A program made the position numbers and the translations under genes. Shown in pieces: positions 10,619 to 19,391 of a stretch of 64,000 nucleotides of DNA. Within the stretch, counting starts at the first letter, position 1. The number at the start of each line of letters is the position of its first letter. This stretch comes from Gammaproteobacteria bacterium (GTDB taxonomy: Bacteria > Pseudomonadota > Gammaproteobacteria > GCA-001735895). Where the stretch lies: assembly GCA_050288105.1 (NCBI GenBank), contig JBNKDE010000014.1, forward strand, positions 10,539-74,538, given 5' to 3'. Below the pieces are notes generated by a model. It was not told the DNA's origin, searched no databases, and was given only the letters and a program-made list of their open reading frames with translations.

Positions 10619-11259
10619 GCCTGACCATCCCATTCAACAAAATTGGTTAATAACTGTAGACCTGCATCAGCACTTTTTTCCGGATGGCACTGCAGGGCAA
10701 AAACATTGTCTTTCGCCACAGCACAGGTAAATGTTCTGCCGTAACGACAGTTTCCCACTTCCAGGTCGGGAGATTCGGTCTCTAGATAGTAACTGTGCAC
10801 AAAATAAAAGCGACTATGGTCGTCAATCTTATGCCACAGCGGGTGCTCACGGGTCTGATTAACCTCATTCCAGCCCATATGCGGCACTTTCAGGCGCTCA
10901 CCATTTTCGGTTAAATGGTCACCAAAATAACGCACTTCACCGGGGTAAAAACCCATCAACTGGGTTCCCTGATTTTCCTCACTGGCATGCACCAGAACCT
11001 GCATCCCCATGCAGATCCCCAAAAAAGGTTTGTCACGCGCTGCCTGTAAAATCGTTTCGCGCAAAGAATATTCATCAATGGCATGCATACAGTCACGCGC
11101 AGCACCCTGACCCGGGAAAACGACTTTATCCGCGTTAGCCAGCTCGGTTTCAGAAGAGGTTAGAATGACCTTATCATTTTTTCCTGCAACATGTTCCAGT
11201 GCCTTGGTGACTGAGCGAAGATTGCCCATCCCATAATCAATAACTGCGATAACCTGCAT
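10615..11259 (-). CDS. hisH: Imidazole glycerol phosphate synthase glutamine amidotransferase subunit
   Basis: 214 aa with the class-I GATase triad context (GICMGMQ, HSYY). Confidence 0.95.
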   Translation of the reverse strand: MQVIAVIDYGMGNLRSVTKALEHVAGKNDKVILTSSETELANADKVVFPGQGAARDCMHAIDEYSLRETILQAARDKPFLGICMGMQVLVHASEENQGTQLMGFYPGEVRYFGDHLTENGERLKVPHMGWNEVNQTREHPLWHKIDDHSRFYFVHSYYLETESPDLEVGNCRYGRTFTCAVAKDNVFALQCHPEKSADAGLQLLTNFVEWDGQA

Positions 11260-11263
11260 GGGC

Positions 11264-11872
11264 TTATAAACTACCCTTGGTGGAAGGAATCATTCCCGCC
11301 ATGCGCTCATCCACGCTCATTGCAATACGGATTGCACGACCAAACGCCTTAAAAATCGTTTCAGCAATATGGTGGGCGTTTTTCCCCTGCAGATTATCAA
11401 TATGCAGGGTGGCGAGTGCATGATTGACAAAGCCCTGAAAAAACTCATGGATCAGGTCTACATCAAATGCACCAATAGTGCCGCGTGGATAGTCGACTCG
11501 ATATTCAATGCCGGGACGACCCGAAAAATCTATCACCACACGAGACAGCGCTTCGTCTAGCGGCACATAGGCGTGCCCGTATCTTTGCAGCCCTTTTTTA
11601 TCACCTAAAGCGCTGGCAAATGCCTGACCCAGTGTAATACCGATATCTTCGACGGTGTGATGATCATCAATGTGAGTGTCACCCTTCGCGCTGATTTCTA
11701 TATCCACCAGACCATGACGTGCGATCTGATCCAGCATATGCTCCAGAAAAGGAATACCGGTATCCAGTTTCGATTGGCCACTGCCATCCAGATTCACACT
11801 AACGGTGATCTGGGTTTCCAGTGTATTTCGGGTAATGGTTGCTGTGCGTTGCGGCATAGATAAGTACATCAA
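11264..11872 (-). CDS. hisB: Imidazoleglycerol-phosphate dehydratase (monofunctional)
   Basis: 202 aa with RNT.ET.I...NLDG, HH..E and the IGPD His-rich motifs. The true start may be the internal Met at 11857. Confidence 0.95.
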   Translation of the reverse strand: MMYLSMPQRTATITRNTLETQITVSVNLDGSGQSKLDTGIPFLEHMLDQIARHGLVDIEISAKGDTHIDDHHTVEDIGITLGQAFASALGDKKGLQRYGHAYVPLDEALSRVVIDFSGRPGIEYRVDYPRGTIGAFDVDLIHEFFQGFVNHALATLHIDNLQGKNAHHIAETIFKAFGRAIRIAMSVDERMAGMIPSTKGSL

Positions 11873-11930
11873 TCAAATTGGTTGCAGATAATAATCTGAG
11901 CGCTGCCAAAAATACAGCCTTTAACGGTAT

Positions 11931-12692
11931 TTATAATTGGCCCAGCCATTCTACAACCTGATCCAGCAGCGGTTCGCCCATATCAGTAAAATAATGATTT
12001 GCCTGAGGAATCTTGACCTGCTTCGATTTGGGGTTAGCGTCGCCCAGTACTTGCTGAGCTCTAATCGCCGCCAGTCTATGCACGGCCGGGTAATCATCAG
12101 CGCCAAATATATCCAGCAGCGGCTTGCTCATGCGCTCAAATGGAAAGGGCTCCCGCATCGGCTGTTTGTAATCGGTTGCCCCCATACCAATTCCGATAAA
12201 GGCATCATAATCCTGCTCGCCATTTTTACGGACATATTGCATCGCCATATGCGCACCGCAGCTATGTGCCAGCAGAATGACTTTGTCATTGCCCTGCTGC
12301 TTCAGAAAATCGATAGCAGCCTCAATGCGCGGCACTGCTTCATCAAAAACAGGTACATAATCGTAATACTTTGCGGTTTTATCCAGCACCGGCAACTGTA
12401 TTGAGAGCGTATTCCAGCCCTGTTCAGCCAGACCTACCCGCAACGGGTTTACCACATCCGCCCAGTCAGGATGAAACCCTCGCCCATGCAGTATAAGCAC
12501 AGCGCCTCTGGCATCTTCGGCCTGGGTATAGATAGAAAGAAACTCATGACCATCAGCGGTCAGCATTTCTACATCACCATCCAGTATGGCGTCCACAATC
12601 TGGTTATACATGCGCTTCTCACGCACCAGGTCAGAAGCCATTGACACCGACAGGTTACTTAGCATTAACAGTATTATTGTTATTTTTTTCAA
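11931..12692 (-). CDS. Secreted alpha/beta hydrolase family protein (DUF3530-like)
   Basis: 253 aa with a signal peptide, LILHG, and the nucleophile-elbow-like motif AHSCGA. Confidence 0.65.
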   Translation of the reverse strand: MKKITIILLMLSNLSVSMASDLVREKRMYNQIVDAILDGDVEMLTADGHEFLSIYTQAEDARGAVLILHGRGFHPDWADVVNPLRVGLAEQGWNTLSIQLPVLDKTAKYYDYVPVFDEAVPRIEAAIDFLKQQGNDKVILLAHSCGAHMAMQYVRKNGEQDYDAFIGIGMGATDYKQPMREPFPFERMSKPLLDIFGADDYPAVHRLAAIRAQQVLGDANPKSKQVKIPQANHYFTDMGEPLLDQVVEWLGQL

Positions 12693-12721
12693 CTCACCGA
12701 TCTCCCTAAATCGCTTGCTAT

Positions 12722-13159
12722 TTATTGTTTTAATATAAACGTCACTGGACCGTCATTCTGCAGGAAAACCTGCATATCTGCACCAAATTCACCATACGCA
12801 ACGGGTATCTCCAGTGTTTGAGACAACTGCATAAATTCAGCAAACAGGCGACTGCCCATGCCAGGATCAGCGGCTGAAGTAAAACTGGGCCTGCGCCCCT
12901 TTTCGGTATCCGCAGCCAGCGTAAACTGGGGAACCAGAAGTAAGCCACCCCGAATATCAGACAGACTCAGGTTCATTTTATCCTGCGCATCAGCAAACAC
13001 GCGATAATTGACAATACGCTCCAGCATCCTTTTAAGCTTTTGACTATCATCTGCCGGCTCGAATCCGACAAATGCCAGTAAGCCCTGCTGTATGCTTCCA
13101 ATTACATTTTGATTAACTTCGACCCTTGCAGACCTGACTCGCTGTATCAGGACAATCAT
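12722..13159 (-). CDS. dtd: D-aminoacyl-tRNA deacylase
   Basis: 145 aa with MIVLIQRV, SQFTL-like PQFTLAADT and GRRPSF motifs. It overlaps the pip stop by 4 nt. Confidence 0.93.
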   Translation of the reverse strand: MIVLIQRVRSARVEVNQNVIGSIQQGLLAFVGFEPADDSQKLKRMLERIVNYRVFADAQDKMNLSLSDIRGGLLLVPQFTLAADTEKGRRPSFTSAADPGMGSRLFAEFMQLSQTLEIPVAYGEFGADMQVFLQNDGPVTFILKQ

Positions 13160-14100
13160 GAAACAATCCCGATCATGGCATTAGTACTTTCAACCAGCGC
13201 CTGCGCGATACCCGGTTCAGATGCAGCATGGCCAGCATCCGGTATGATTTTTAGCTGGCTTTCCGGCCATTGTGCATTTAATGCGTAAGCCTGATCGATC
13301 GGGCAGATCGCATCATAGCGGCCATGCACGATGAATCCAGGGATATGGCTAATGCGATCCATATTGTCGAGCAACTGGTTCTCCTGCAAAAAACCCCGGT
13401 TGATGAAGTAATGGCACTCTATGCGCGCAATACTCAACGCCATATGCGGATCAGCAAAATAATCCAGCACCTGACCATTTGGACGCAGCGTTGCAGTGCT
13501 ACCCTCCCATATCGACCAGGCTTTGGCCGAAGCCATACGCTCCAGCTCATTATCACTGGTCAAACGACGGTGATAAGCAGCAATCATATCTTGCCTCTCC
13601 TGCTCAGGAATCGGTTGTAAAAATGCATCCCAGGCGTCAGGAAATAACCTGGAAGTTCCATATTCATAAAGCCAGCTGAGATCCTGTTGCCGACATAAAA
13701 ATATACCGCGTAAAACCATGCCCAGCACCCTGTCCGGGTGAGATTGTGCATACGCCAGCGCCAGTGTAGAACCCCAGGATCCACCGAATAAAACCCATTT
13801 TTCAATCCCCAGTTTCTGGCGGATTTTTTCCATATCATCGATTAGGTGCTGGGTTGTATTCTGATGCAGGCTGGCATGCGGACGGGATTTCCCACATCCA
13901 CGTTGATCAAACAGGATAATCCGGTATTTCTCAGGATCAAAAAAACGCCTGTGCACAGCCTCGCAGCATGCACCTGGACCACCATGCAGAAAAATGACAG
14001 GTATACCAGCGGCATTACCGCACAGCTCTATATAGAGCTCGTGCTGGCTGGAAACCTGCAAATAAAAATGGCTATCAGGCTGGATCGCAGGGAAAAGCAT
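13156..14100 (-). CDS. pip: Prolyl aminopeptidase (proline iminopeptidase)
   Basis: 314 aa with HGGPG, DQRGCGKS and GGSWGSTL (Ser nucleophile) motifs. Confidence 0.9.
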   Translation of the reverse strand: MLFPAIQPDSHFYLQVSSQHELYIELCGNAAGIPVIFLHGGPGACCEAVHRRFFDPEKYRIILFDQRGCGKSRPHASLHQNTTQHLIDDMEKIRQKLGIEKWVLFGGSWGSTLALAYAQSHPDRVLGMVLRGIFLCRQQDLSWLYEYGTSRLFPDAWDAFLQPIPEQERQDMIAAYHRRLTSDNELERMASAKAWSIWEGSTATLRPNGQVLDYFADPHMALSIARIECHYFINRGFLQENQLLDNMDRISHIPGFIVHGRYDAICPIDQAYALNAQWPESQLKIIPDAGHAASEPGIAQALVESTNAMIGIVS

Positions 14101-14113
14101 TCTTTATATTCCT

Positions 14114-14131
14114 TGTAGGATTAATCCTACA
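14114..14131. promoter_or_regulatory. Perfect 18-bp palindrome TGTAGGATTAATCCTACA; candidate GacA/UvrY upstream activating box
   Basis: I read this directly from the sequence. It matches the TGTAAG-N6-CTTACA box of rsmY/rsmZ/csrB promoters with one symmetric substitution per half-site. It lies about 55-60 bp upstream of the first GGA motif of the adjacent sRNA candidate and 14 bp from the pip start codon. Confidence 0.6.
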
Positions 14132-14182
14132 TAATCTATCTATACCCACCGACAAAAACAGAGGTAATCGACACTATATCCA

Positions 14183-14360
14183 GGGGATATTGCATGCGAT
14201 CATAGCGTCACGTTCTAGGGATAGAGCCCAAAAGGAGTTTCACCGCCGTAGCAGGATTGCTCGATAAGGATGGCACTATCTCAAGGATGTTAAATTAAGT
14301 CAATCACAGGCCAGGATGGCCATAAAGCCTCGATCAGGGATTTGATTGAGGCTTTTTTTT
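14183..14360 (+). ncRNA. Csr/Rsm-family (RsmY/RsmZ/CsrB-like) CsrA-sequestering small RNA candidate; 5' end approximate (+/-15 nt)
   Basis: A non-coding gap of about 175 nt holds 8 GGA motifs, mostly in A/CAGGAU-like contexts (14185, 14219, 14234, 14254, 14268, 14285, 14314, 14338). The last one lies in the loop of a strong intrinsic terminator. A GacA-type palindrome lies upstream. No ORF is present. Confidence 0.65.
14325..14360 (+). terminator. Rho-independent terminator (3' end of the sRNA candidate)
   Basis: The stem is AAGCCTCGATC / GATTGAGGCTT (11 bp with one G-U), the loop is AGGGATTT, and a T-run follows to 14360. Confidence 0.8.
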
Positions 14361-14409
14361 GCCTGCAATAACCCCTATTATCCCGGGCATCCCGAAAAGT
14401 GAAAATAAC

Positions 14410-15156
14410 ATGCCCACTCAACCTCCAAAAAAACTGTTACACCCGGTAGGAAAAGCCATCGCCGATTTCAGCATGATTAGAGACCATGATCGAATCCTGC
14501 TTGGTTTATCTGGTGGTAAAGATTCGTTATCCCTGTTACACATCCTGATGCATTTCCAGCGGCACGCGCCCATCAGTTTTGAAGTAGGTGCTGTAACCAT
14601 AGACCCGCAAAGTGATGACTTTGACCCCTCTCCGTTAATCGGCTACCTGAAATCACTGGAAGTGGACTATCACTTCGTCAGTGAGCCCGTGGTGAGGCTT
14701 GCTGAAGAGCATATGAAAAAAGATTCATTCTGCGCTTTCTGTTCCCGTATGCGCAGAGGGCTGATGTATAAAACAGCGCGCGCGAATGGATATAACGTCA
14801 TCGCCCTGGGCCAGCATCTGGATGACTTATGCGAAAGCTTTTTAATGTCAGCGCTGCACGGTGGACGACTGAAAACAATGAAAGCACATTATATTAACGA
14901 TGATGAAGATCTGAGGATAATTCGACCACTGGTCTACGCGCGTGAGCGCCAGCTCAGGGATTTTGCAACCCGCGCTGAATTACCCGTTATCGAAGATAAC
15001 TGCCCAGCCTGTTTCGCCAAACCTACCCAGCGCCAGCATATGAAGGAATTGCTGGCTGCGCAGGAAGCGGACTATCCAAACACCTTTAAAACCCTGCTTT
15101 CAACCATCCGCCCGTTAATGAGGGAAGGGTTACCAGCCCAGCTCAGTGAACAATAA
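14410..15156 (+). CDS. ttcA: tRNA 2-thiocytidine(32) synthetase TtcA
   Basis: PP-loop SGGKDS and CxxC pairs (CAFCSRMRRG, CPAC). I chose the ATG at 14410. The track's TTG start at 14359 would lie inside the terminator T-run. Confidence 0.9.
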   Translation: MPTQPPKKLLHPVGKAIADFSMIRDHDRILLGLSGGKDSLSLLHILMHFQRHAPISFEVGAVTIDPQSDDFDPSPLIGYLKSLEVDYHFVSEPVVRLAEEHMKKDSFCAFCSRMRRGLMYKTARANGYNVIALGQHLDDLCESFLMSALHGGRLKTMKAHYINDDEDLRIIRPLVYARERQLRDFATRAELPVIEDNCPACFAKPTQRQHMKELLAAQEADYPNTFKTLLSTIRPLMREGLPAQLSEQ

Positions 15157-15177
15157 TTCGATTCTCGCTGATGCAAG

Positions 15178-16629
15178 TCATTTCTTCCAGAAGCCCGGAG
15201 TAAAGAGTACCAGCAGGGTGAAAATTTCCAGTCGACCGAGCAACATGGCCAGACACAAAACCCATTTGGCAAAATCATTAATAGACTGGAAGTTCTGTCC
15301 CACTTCATCCAGGCCTGGCCCAAGGTTGTTCAGGCAAGCAGCGACTGCGGAAAACGCCGTATCCTGATTCAGACCACTCGCCATCAGTAACAGGATCATT
15401 ATGGCAGAGATCGCAAAATAAGCCGCAAAGAACCCCCACACCGCTTCAATAACATTATCAGGAACCGGTTTGCGTCCGATTTTTACCGCAAATTGAGCGG
15501 AGGGATGGACCAGTCGCTGTAACTCGCGTACTCCCTGCTTTACCAGCAGTAATATGCGGATGACCTTGATACCGCCTCCGGTAGATCCTGCACAGCCTCC
15601 CATGAAACTGATATACAACAGCAACACTGGGAGAAACCCTGGCCAGCTATAGTATTCCTGAGTGGTAAACCCGGTGGTCGTACCAATAGAGACAACCTGA
15701 AACAGACCTTCAATAATGCTATCCAGCGGAGACTCAAAGGTCTTGTTGAACAGCAGATACAGAATCGTGATCAGACTGACAACCAGCAGCACCATGAAAT
15801 AGGTCTTGAATTCGGCATCCTTGATATAAACCGTCAATCGATGCTGTCGCACGGCAGAAAAGTGCAGCGCAAAATTGACCCCGGACAGCAGCATAAACAC
15901 GATAGCAATCAACTCAATGCTTCGACTATTGAAATAGCCCATGCTCGCATCATGCGTTGAGAAACCACCAATCGCCACAGTAGAAAACGCATGAGCGATG
16001 GCGTCAAACGCATCCATTCCAGCCAGCCAGTAGGCGATCCCGCAGGTGACCGTCAACGTTAGATAGATATACCAGAGCGCCTTGGCTGTCTCCGTGATAC
16101 GCGGCGTCAACTTGGTATCCTTTACCGGCCCCGGTGTTTCAGCACGATATAGCTGCATCCCGCCTATGCCCAGCATGGGTAGTACTGCGACAGCCAGTAC
16201 GATGATTCCCATACCACCCATCCACTGCAGCTGCTGTCGATAAAAAAGGATTGAATGCGGTAACTCATCGATACCAACGATCACCGTAGCACCCGTAGTA
16301 GTCAGTCCGGAGATCGATTCGAACACTGAATCGGTTATGGAGATATCATCGACTCCTGACAGGTACAGGGGTAACCCACCAGCACTACCCAGCACAAACC
16401 AGAACATCACCACCACCATAAAACCATCACGCAGGCGCAATTCTTTTTTATGCCGTATGAGCGGAAGGAATAAGCAAAGCCCCCCCACCAGGAGCATTAG
16501 GAAAGCTTTAATAAACGGGATGCCGGTATTTTCCTGATAGATCAGGTCAACTAGAACCGGGGGCAACATGGTAGCACTGAACACCATCAGCAATAGCCCC
16601 AGAACTCTTATGATGACTAAAATTTGCAT
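15178..16629 (-). CDS. trkH: Trk-type potassium uptake protein TrkH
   Basis: 483 aa polytopic membrane protein with repeated TTTGF/GGS selectivity-filter-like loops (TTTGAT, GGFSTH, TTTGFT, GSTGGG). It is adjacent to trkA. Confidence 0.93.
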   Translation of the reverse strand: MQILVIIRVLGLLLMVFSATMLPPVLVDLIYQENTGIPFIKAFLMLLVGGLCLFLPLIRHKKELRLRDGFMVVVMFWFVLGSAGGLPLYLSGVDDISITDSVFESISGLTTTGATVIVGIDELPHSILFYRQQLQWMGGMGIIVLAVAVLPMLGIGGMQLYRAETPGPVKDTKLTPRITETAKALWYIYLTLTVTCGIAYWLAGMDAFDAIAHAFSTVAIGGFSTHDASMGYFNSRSIELIAIVFMLLSGVNFALHFSAVRQHRLTVYIKDAEFKTYFMVLLVVSLITILYLLFNKTFESPLDSIIEGLFQVVSIGTTTGFTTQEYYSWPGFLPVLLLYISFMGGCAGSTGGGIKVIRILLLVKQGVRELQRLVHPSAQFAVKIGRKPVPDNVIEAVWGFFAAYFAISAIMILLLMASGLNQDTAFSAVAACLNNLGPGLDEVGQNFQSINDFAKWVLCLAMLLGRLEIFTLLVLFTPGFWKK

Positions 16630-16644
16630 AGTGAATACAGTGAA

Positions 16645-18021
16645 TTAGAAATAAGTGATAGCGACCTGGAACAATTTCTCAACATCGGCAATATCACGTT
16701 TGTCAGTCAGAAACAGAATAACATGGTCTTCAGATTCGACCAGGGTATCATGATGCGCTATCAGAACCTCATCCCCTCTCACTATGGCACCAATAATAGT
16801 TCCCTTGGGAAGTTTCAAATCCATAATACGTCTGCCCACGACCTTGGAAGAGGTTTCATCGCCATGCGCAATAGCCTCTATGGCTTCTGCTGATCCACGA
16901 CGTAAGGCATGCACTGCAACCACATCACCGCGGCGTATATGCGCAAGCATCGCACCAATAGTTACCTGATGCGGCGATAAAGCGATATCGATCATACCGC
17001 TTTCTACCAGATCCACATAGGCCGGACGATTAATCAGCGACATGACCTTTCTTGCACCCAGGCGTTTCGCGAGCATAGCGGAAAGTATATTTGCTTCGTC
17101 ATCATTGGTTAGCGCGCAGAAAACATCCATAGATTCGATATTCTCTTCCAGTAGCAAATCCGGGTTTGCTGCGTCACCATACAGTACGATGCTGGAATCG
17201 AGATCACCCGCCAGTTGCGTCGCCTTCTGTTTGTCGCGTTCGATGATCTTGACCTGAAAGTTCTTTTCCAGGCTTTGCGCCAGCTGGCTACCAATATTGC
17301 CGCCACCGGCTAACATCACACGTTTGATCGGCTTATCCAGCTTACGCATCTCTGCAATGACCAGCGGGATATGTTTCCTTGCGGCGAGGAAAAAGACTTC
17401 GTCATCCGCTTCAATCACTCGGTCTGCGGTGGGCGCAATGGACTCCCCATTCCTGAAGATCGCCGCAACGCGCACATCAACTCCCGGGATATGCTTACGA
17501 ATAGTTTTCAGCGCATGCCCAACCAGAGGACCACCGTAATAGGCCTTTACTGCAACCAGTTGCACTTTGCCTTCAGCAAAATCCAGCACCTGCAGCGCAC
17601 TGGGGTGCTCTATCAGATGGTGAATATATTCGGTAACCAGATTCTCGGGACTGATACTGACGTCAACAGGGATCGCATCGGGGTGAAAAAGTGACTGATG
17701 CTGCATGTACTCCTGAGAGCGTATACGTGCAATTTTTGTGGGCGTACGGAATAAGGTGGAAGCGATCTGGCAGGCAACCATATTGATTTCATCGCTATTG
17801 GTTAAAGCGATCAGCATATCGGCATCATCAGCTCCTGCGCGCTTTAACACGCTGGGATAGGAGCCGTTGCCACAAATAGTTCGCAAATCCAGTCTATCCT
17901 GTAACTCGGACAAAATGCCCTGGTCAACATCAATAACTGTAATTTCGTTGCTGTCTTCTTTAGCCAGCTCGGTGGCAACCGAAGAGCCAACCTGACCAGC
18001 GCCGAGAATAATAATATTCAT
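16645..18021 (-). CDS. trkA: Trk system NAD-binding protein TrkA
   Basis: 458 aa with two RCK_N/RCK_C repeats (MNIIILGAGQVG and VMLAGGGNIG Rossmann motifs). Confidence 0.95.
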   Translation of the reverse strand: MNIIILGAGQVGSSVATELAKEDSNEITVIDVDQGILSELQDRLDLRTICGNGSYPSVLKRAGADDADMLIALTNSDEINMVACQIASTLFRTPTKIARIRSQEYMQHQSLFHPDAIPVDVSISPENLVTEYIHHLIEHPSALQVLDFAEGKVQLVAVKAYYGGPLVGHALKTIRKHIPGVDVRVAAIFRNGESIAPTADRVIEADDEVFFLAARKHIPLVIAEMRKLDKPIKRVMLAGGGNIGSQLAQSLEKNFQVKIIERDKQKATQLAGDLDSSIVLYGDAANPDLLLEENIESMDVFCALTNDDEANILSAMLAKRLGARKVMSLINRPAYVDLVESGMIDIALSPHQVTIGAMLAHIRRGDVVAVHALRRGSAEAIEAIAHGDETSSKVVGRRIMDLKLPKGTIIGAIVRGDEVLIAHHDTLVESEDHVILFLTDKRDIADVEKLFQVAITYF

Positions 18022-18110
18022 CGTTATTTAACTACTTATGATTCATGGTTTCGAATGTATGCAGAGGCGATACAGACGCAGCGTTTAAATTCAACCGAGA
18101 GTGTAACTGA

Positions 18111-19391
18111 TTATTTACGGTTATGTAGACCTAATGCCTTCAACTTACGATACAGATTGGTACGTTCCAGGCCGATTTTTCGAGCCAGATCCGATACATT
18201 GTTCTGGCATATTGCCAGTTGTCGACGCAAATATTCACGTTCAAAAACTTCTCGCGCATCGCGCATATCCAGATTTAAGTCTATCGACAGGTTTAACTGC
18301 GTCTCAGTCAGGGATGAAGTCGGCTGTTGCACATCGGTAAATACAGCGCGGATTTCTTCCAGCTCGACATTGTCCGCATCGCTATTGGTCAATAACTGCC
18401 GGATTACTGATTTAAGTTCGACCAGACCACCTGCCCACTGGTGGTTACGTATCATATTCTGAGCAGCTACACCAAAATGCCGATACGGCAACCCCTCCAG
18501 CTCTGCATACCAGTTGACATAGTACTCGAGCAATTCCGGGATATCCTCAATACGTTCATCCAGCGAAGGGATATAAACTGCGCGGCGCCAGTACTCCGCA
18601 AGCTCAGGCATCAACTCATTGTTTTCGCGTAACTCCTCATAACGAAACTGGCTGGCGACAATCAGGCGTCCACTTGAAGGCATATCAGACAGACGTTGCA
18701 ACAACGCGAGTAACACCTGCTGTCCGTGGCGGTTGAGGTCAGTTACCTCGTGAATATAAACATTGCCATTCAATCCCTGACGATAAAAGTTTTCGTCGGC
18801 CTGGAACGATTGCACTGGATACCCGGGTTTTCGCAGGTTAAACAGGTAATCTACCCAGATGCTCACCCCTGAGCCAGCCTGTCCTGTCAGGAATACCGTT
18901 TGATTATGCTGCGCCAGCTCCTGCATGGTGATCCTGAGCTGATGCATCTGCGCACTATTACCTATCGGTTCTTCAACCCGCTCGGCCTTAATACTCGAGC
19001 GGCCCTGCCGACTTTGCAACGCGGATTTAACCGTTCGTAACAGCTTAGCCATGGAAAGCGGCTTTTCGACAAAGTCAAAAGCTCCATACTTTGTGGCCTC
19101 TACCGCCGTTTCAACCGTACCATGTCCTGACATCATGACCACGGGAGCTGTCAGCTCCTTGTTTTCATTCCAGTACTTCAGCAGGCTCACGCCATCCATT
19201 TCGGGCATCCAGATATCCAGTAGTACCAGGTCAGGGTTGAAGCGCGGTTTTTGTTCAATTGCGTTGCGCGCATGCTCAGCGACTTCCACCTCATAGCCTT
19301 CATCTTCCAGAATGTCTTTCAATAATTCTCGGATATCAGGCTCATCATCTACCACCAGGATTTTACTTTTAACAGAAAGGGTATTTGTCAT
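18111..19391 (-). CDS. ntrX: NtrX-like response regulator (REC, degenerate sigma54-type AAA+ domain, Fis-type HTH)
   Basis: 426 aa. The REC domain is intact (ILVVDDEP...LLDIWMP). The central domain has GQAGSGVS in place of Walker A GxxGxGK and no GAFTGA loop. The C-terminal HTH reads NVSDLARKIGLERTNLYRKLK. The gene overlaps the ntrY stop by 4 nt. Confidence 0.8.
   Translation of the reverse strand: MTNTLSVKSKILVVDDEPDIRELLKDILEDEGYEVEVAEHARNAIEQKPRFNPDLVLLDIWMPEMDGVSLLKYWNENKELTAPVVMMSGHGTVETAVEATKYGAFDFVEKPLSMAKLLRTVKSALQSRQGRSSIKAERVEEPIGNSAQMHQLRITMQELAQHNQTVFLTGQAGSGVSIWVDYLFNLRKPGYPVQSFQADENFYRQGLNGNVYIHEVTDLNRHGQQVLLALLQRLSDMPSSGRLIVASQFRYEELRENNELMPELAEYWRRAVYIPSLDERIEDIPELLEYYVNWYAELEGLPYRHFGVAAQNMIRNHQWAGGLVELKSVIRQLLTNSDADNVELEEIRAVFTDVQQPTSSLTETQLNLSIDLNLDMRDAREVFEREYLRRQLAICQNNVSDLARKIGLERTNLYRKLKALGLHNRK

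Noticed and set aside
14359-14409. The TTG start given for ttcA in the ORF track.
   Set aside because: It would begin inside the T-run of the upstream terminator. The added residues (PAITPIIPGIPKSENN) have no TtcA counterpart. The ATG at 14410 gives a standard N-terminus.
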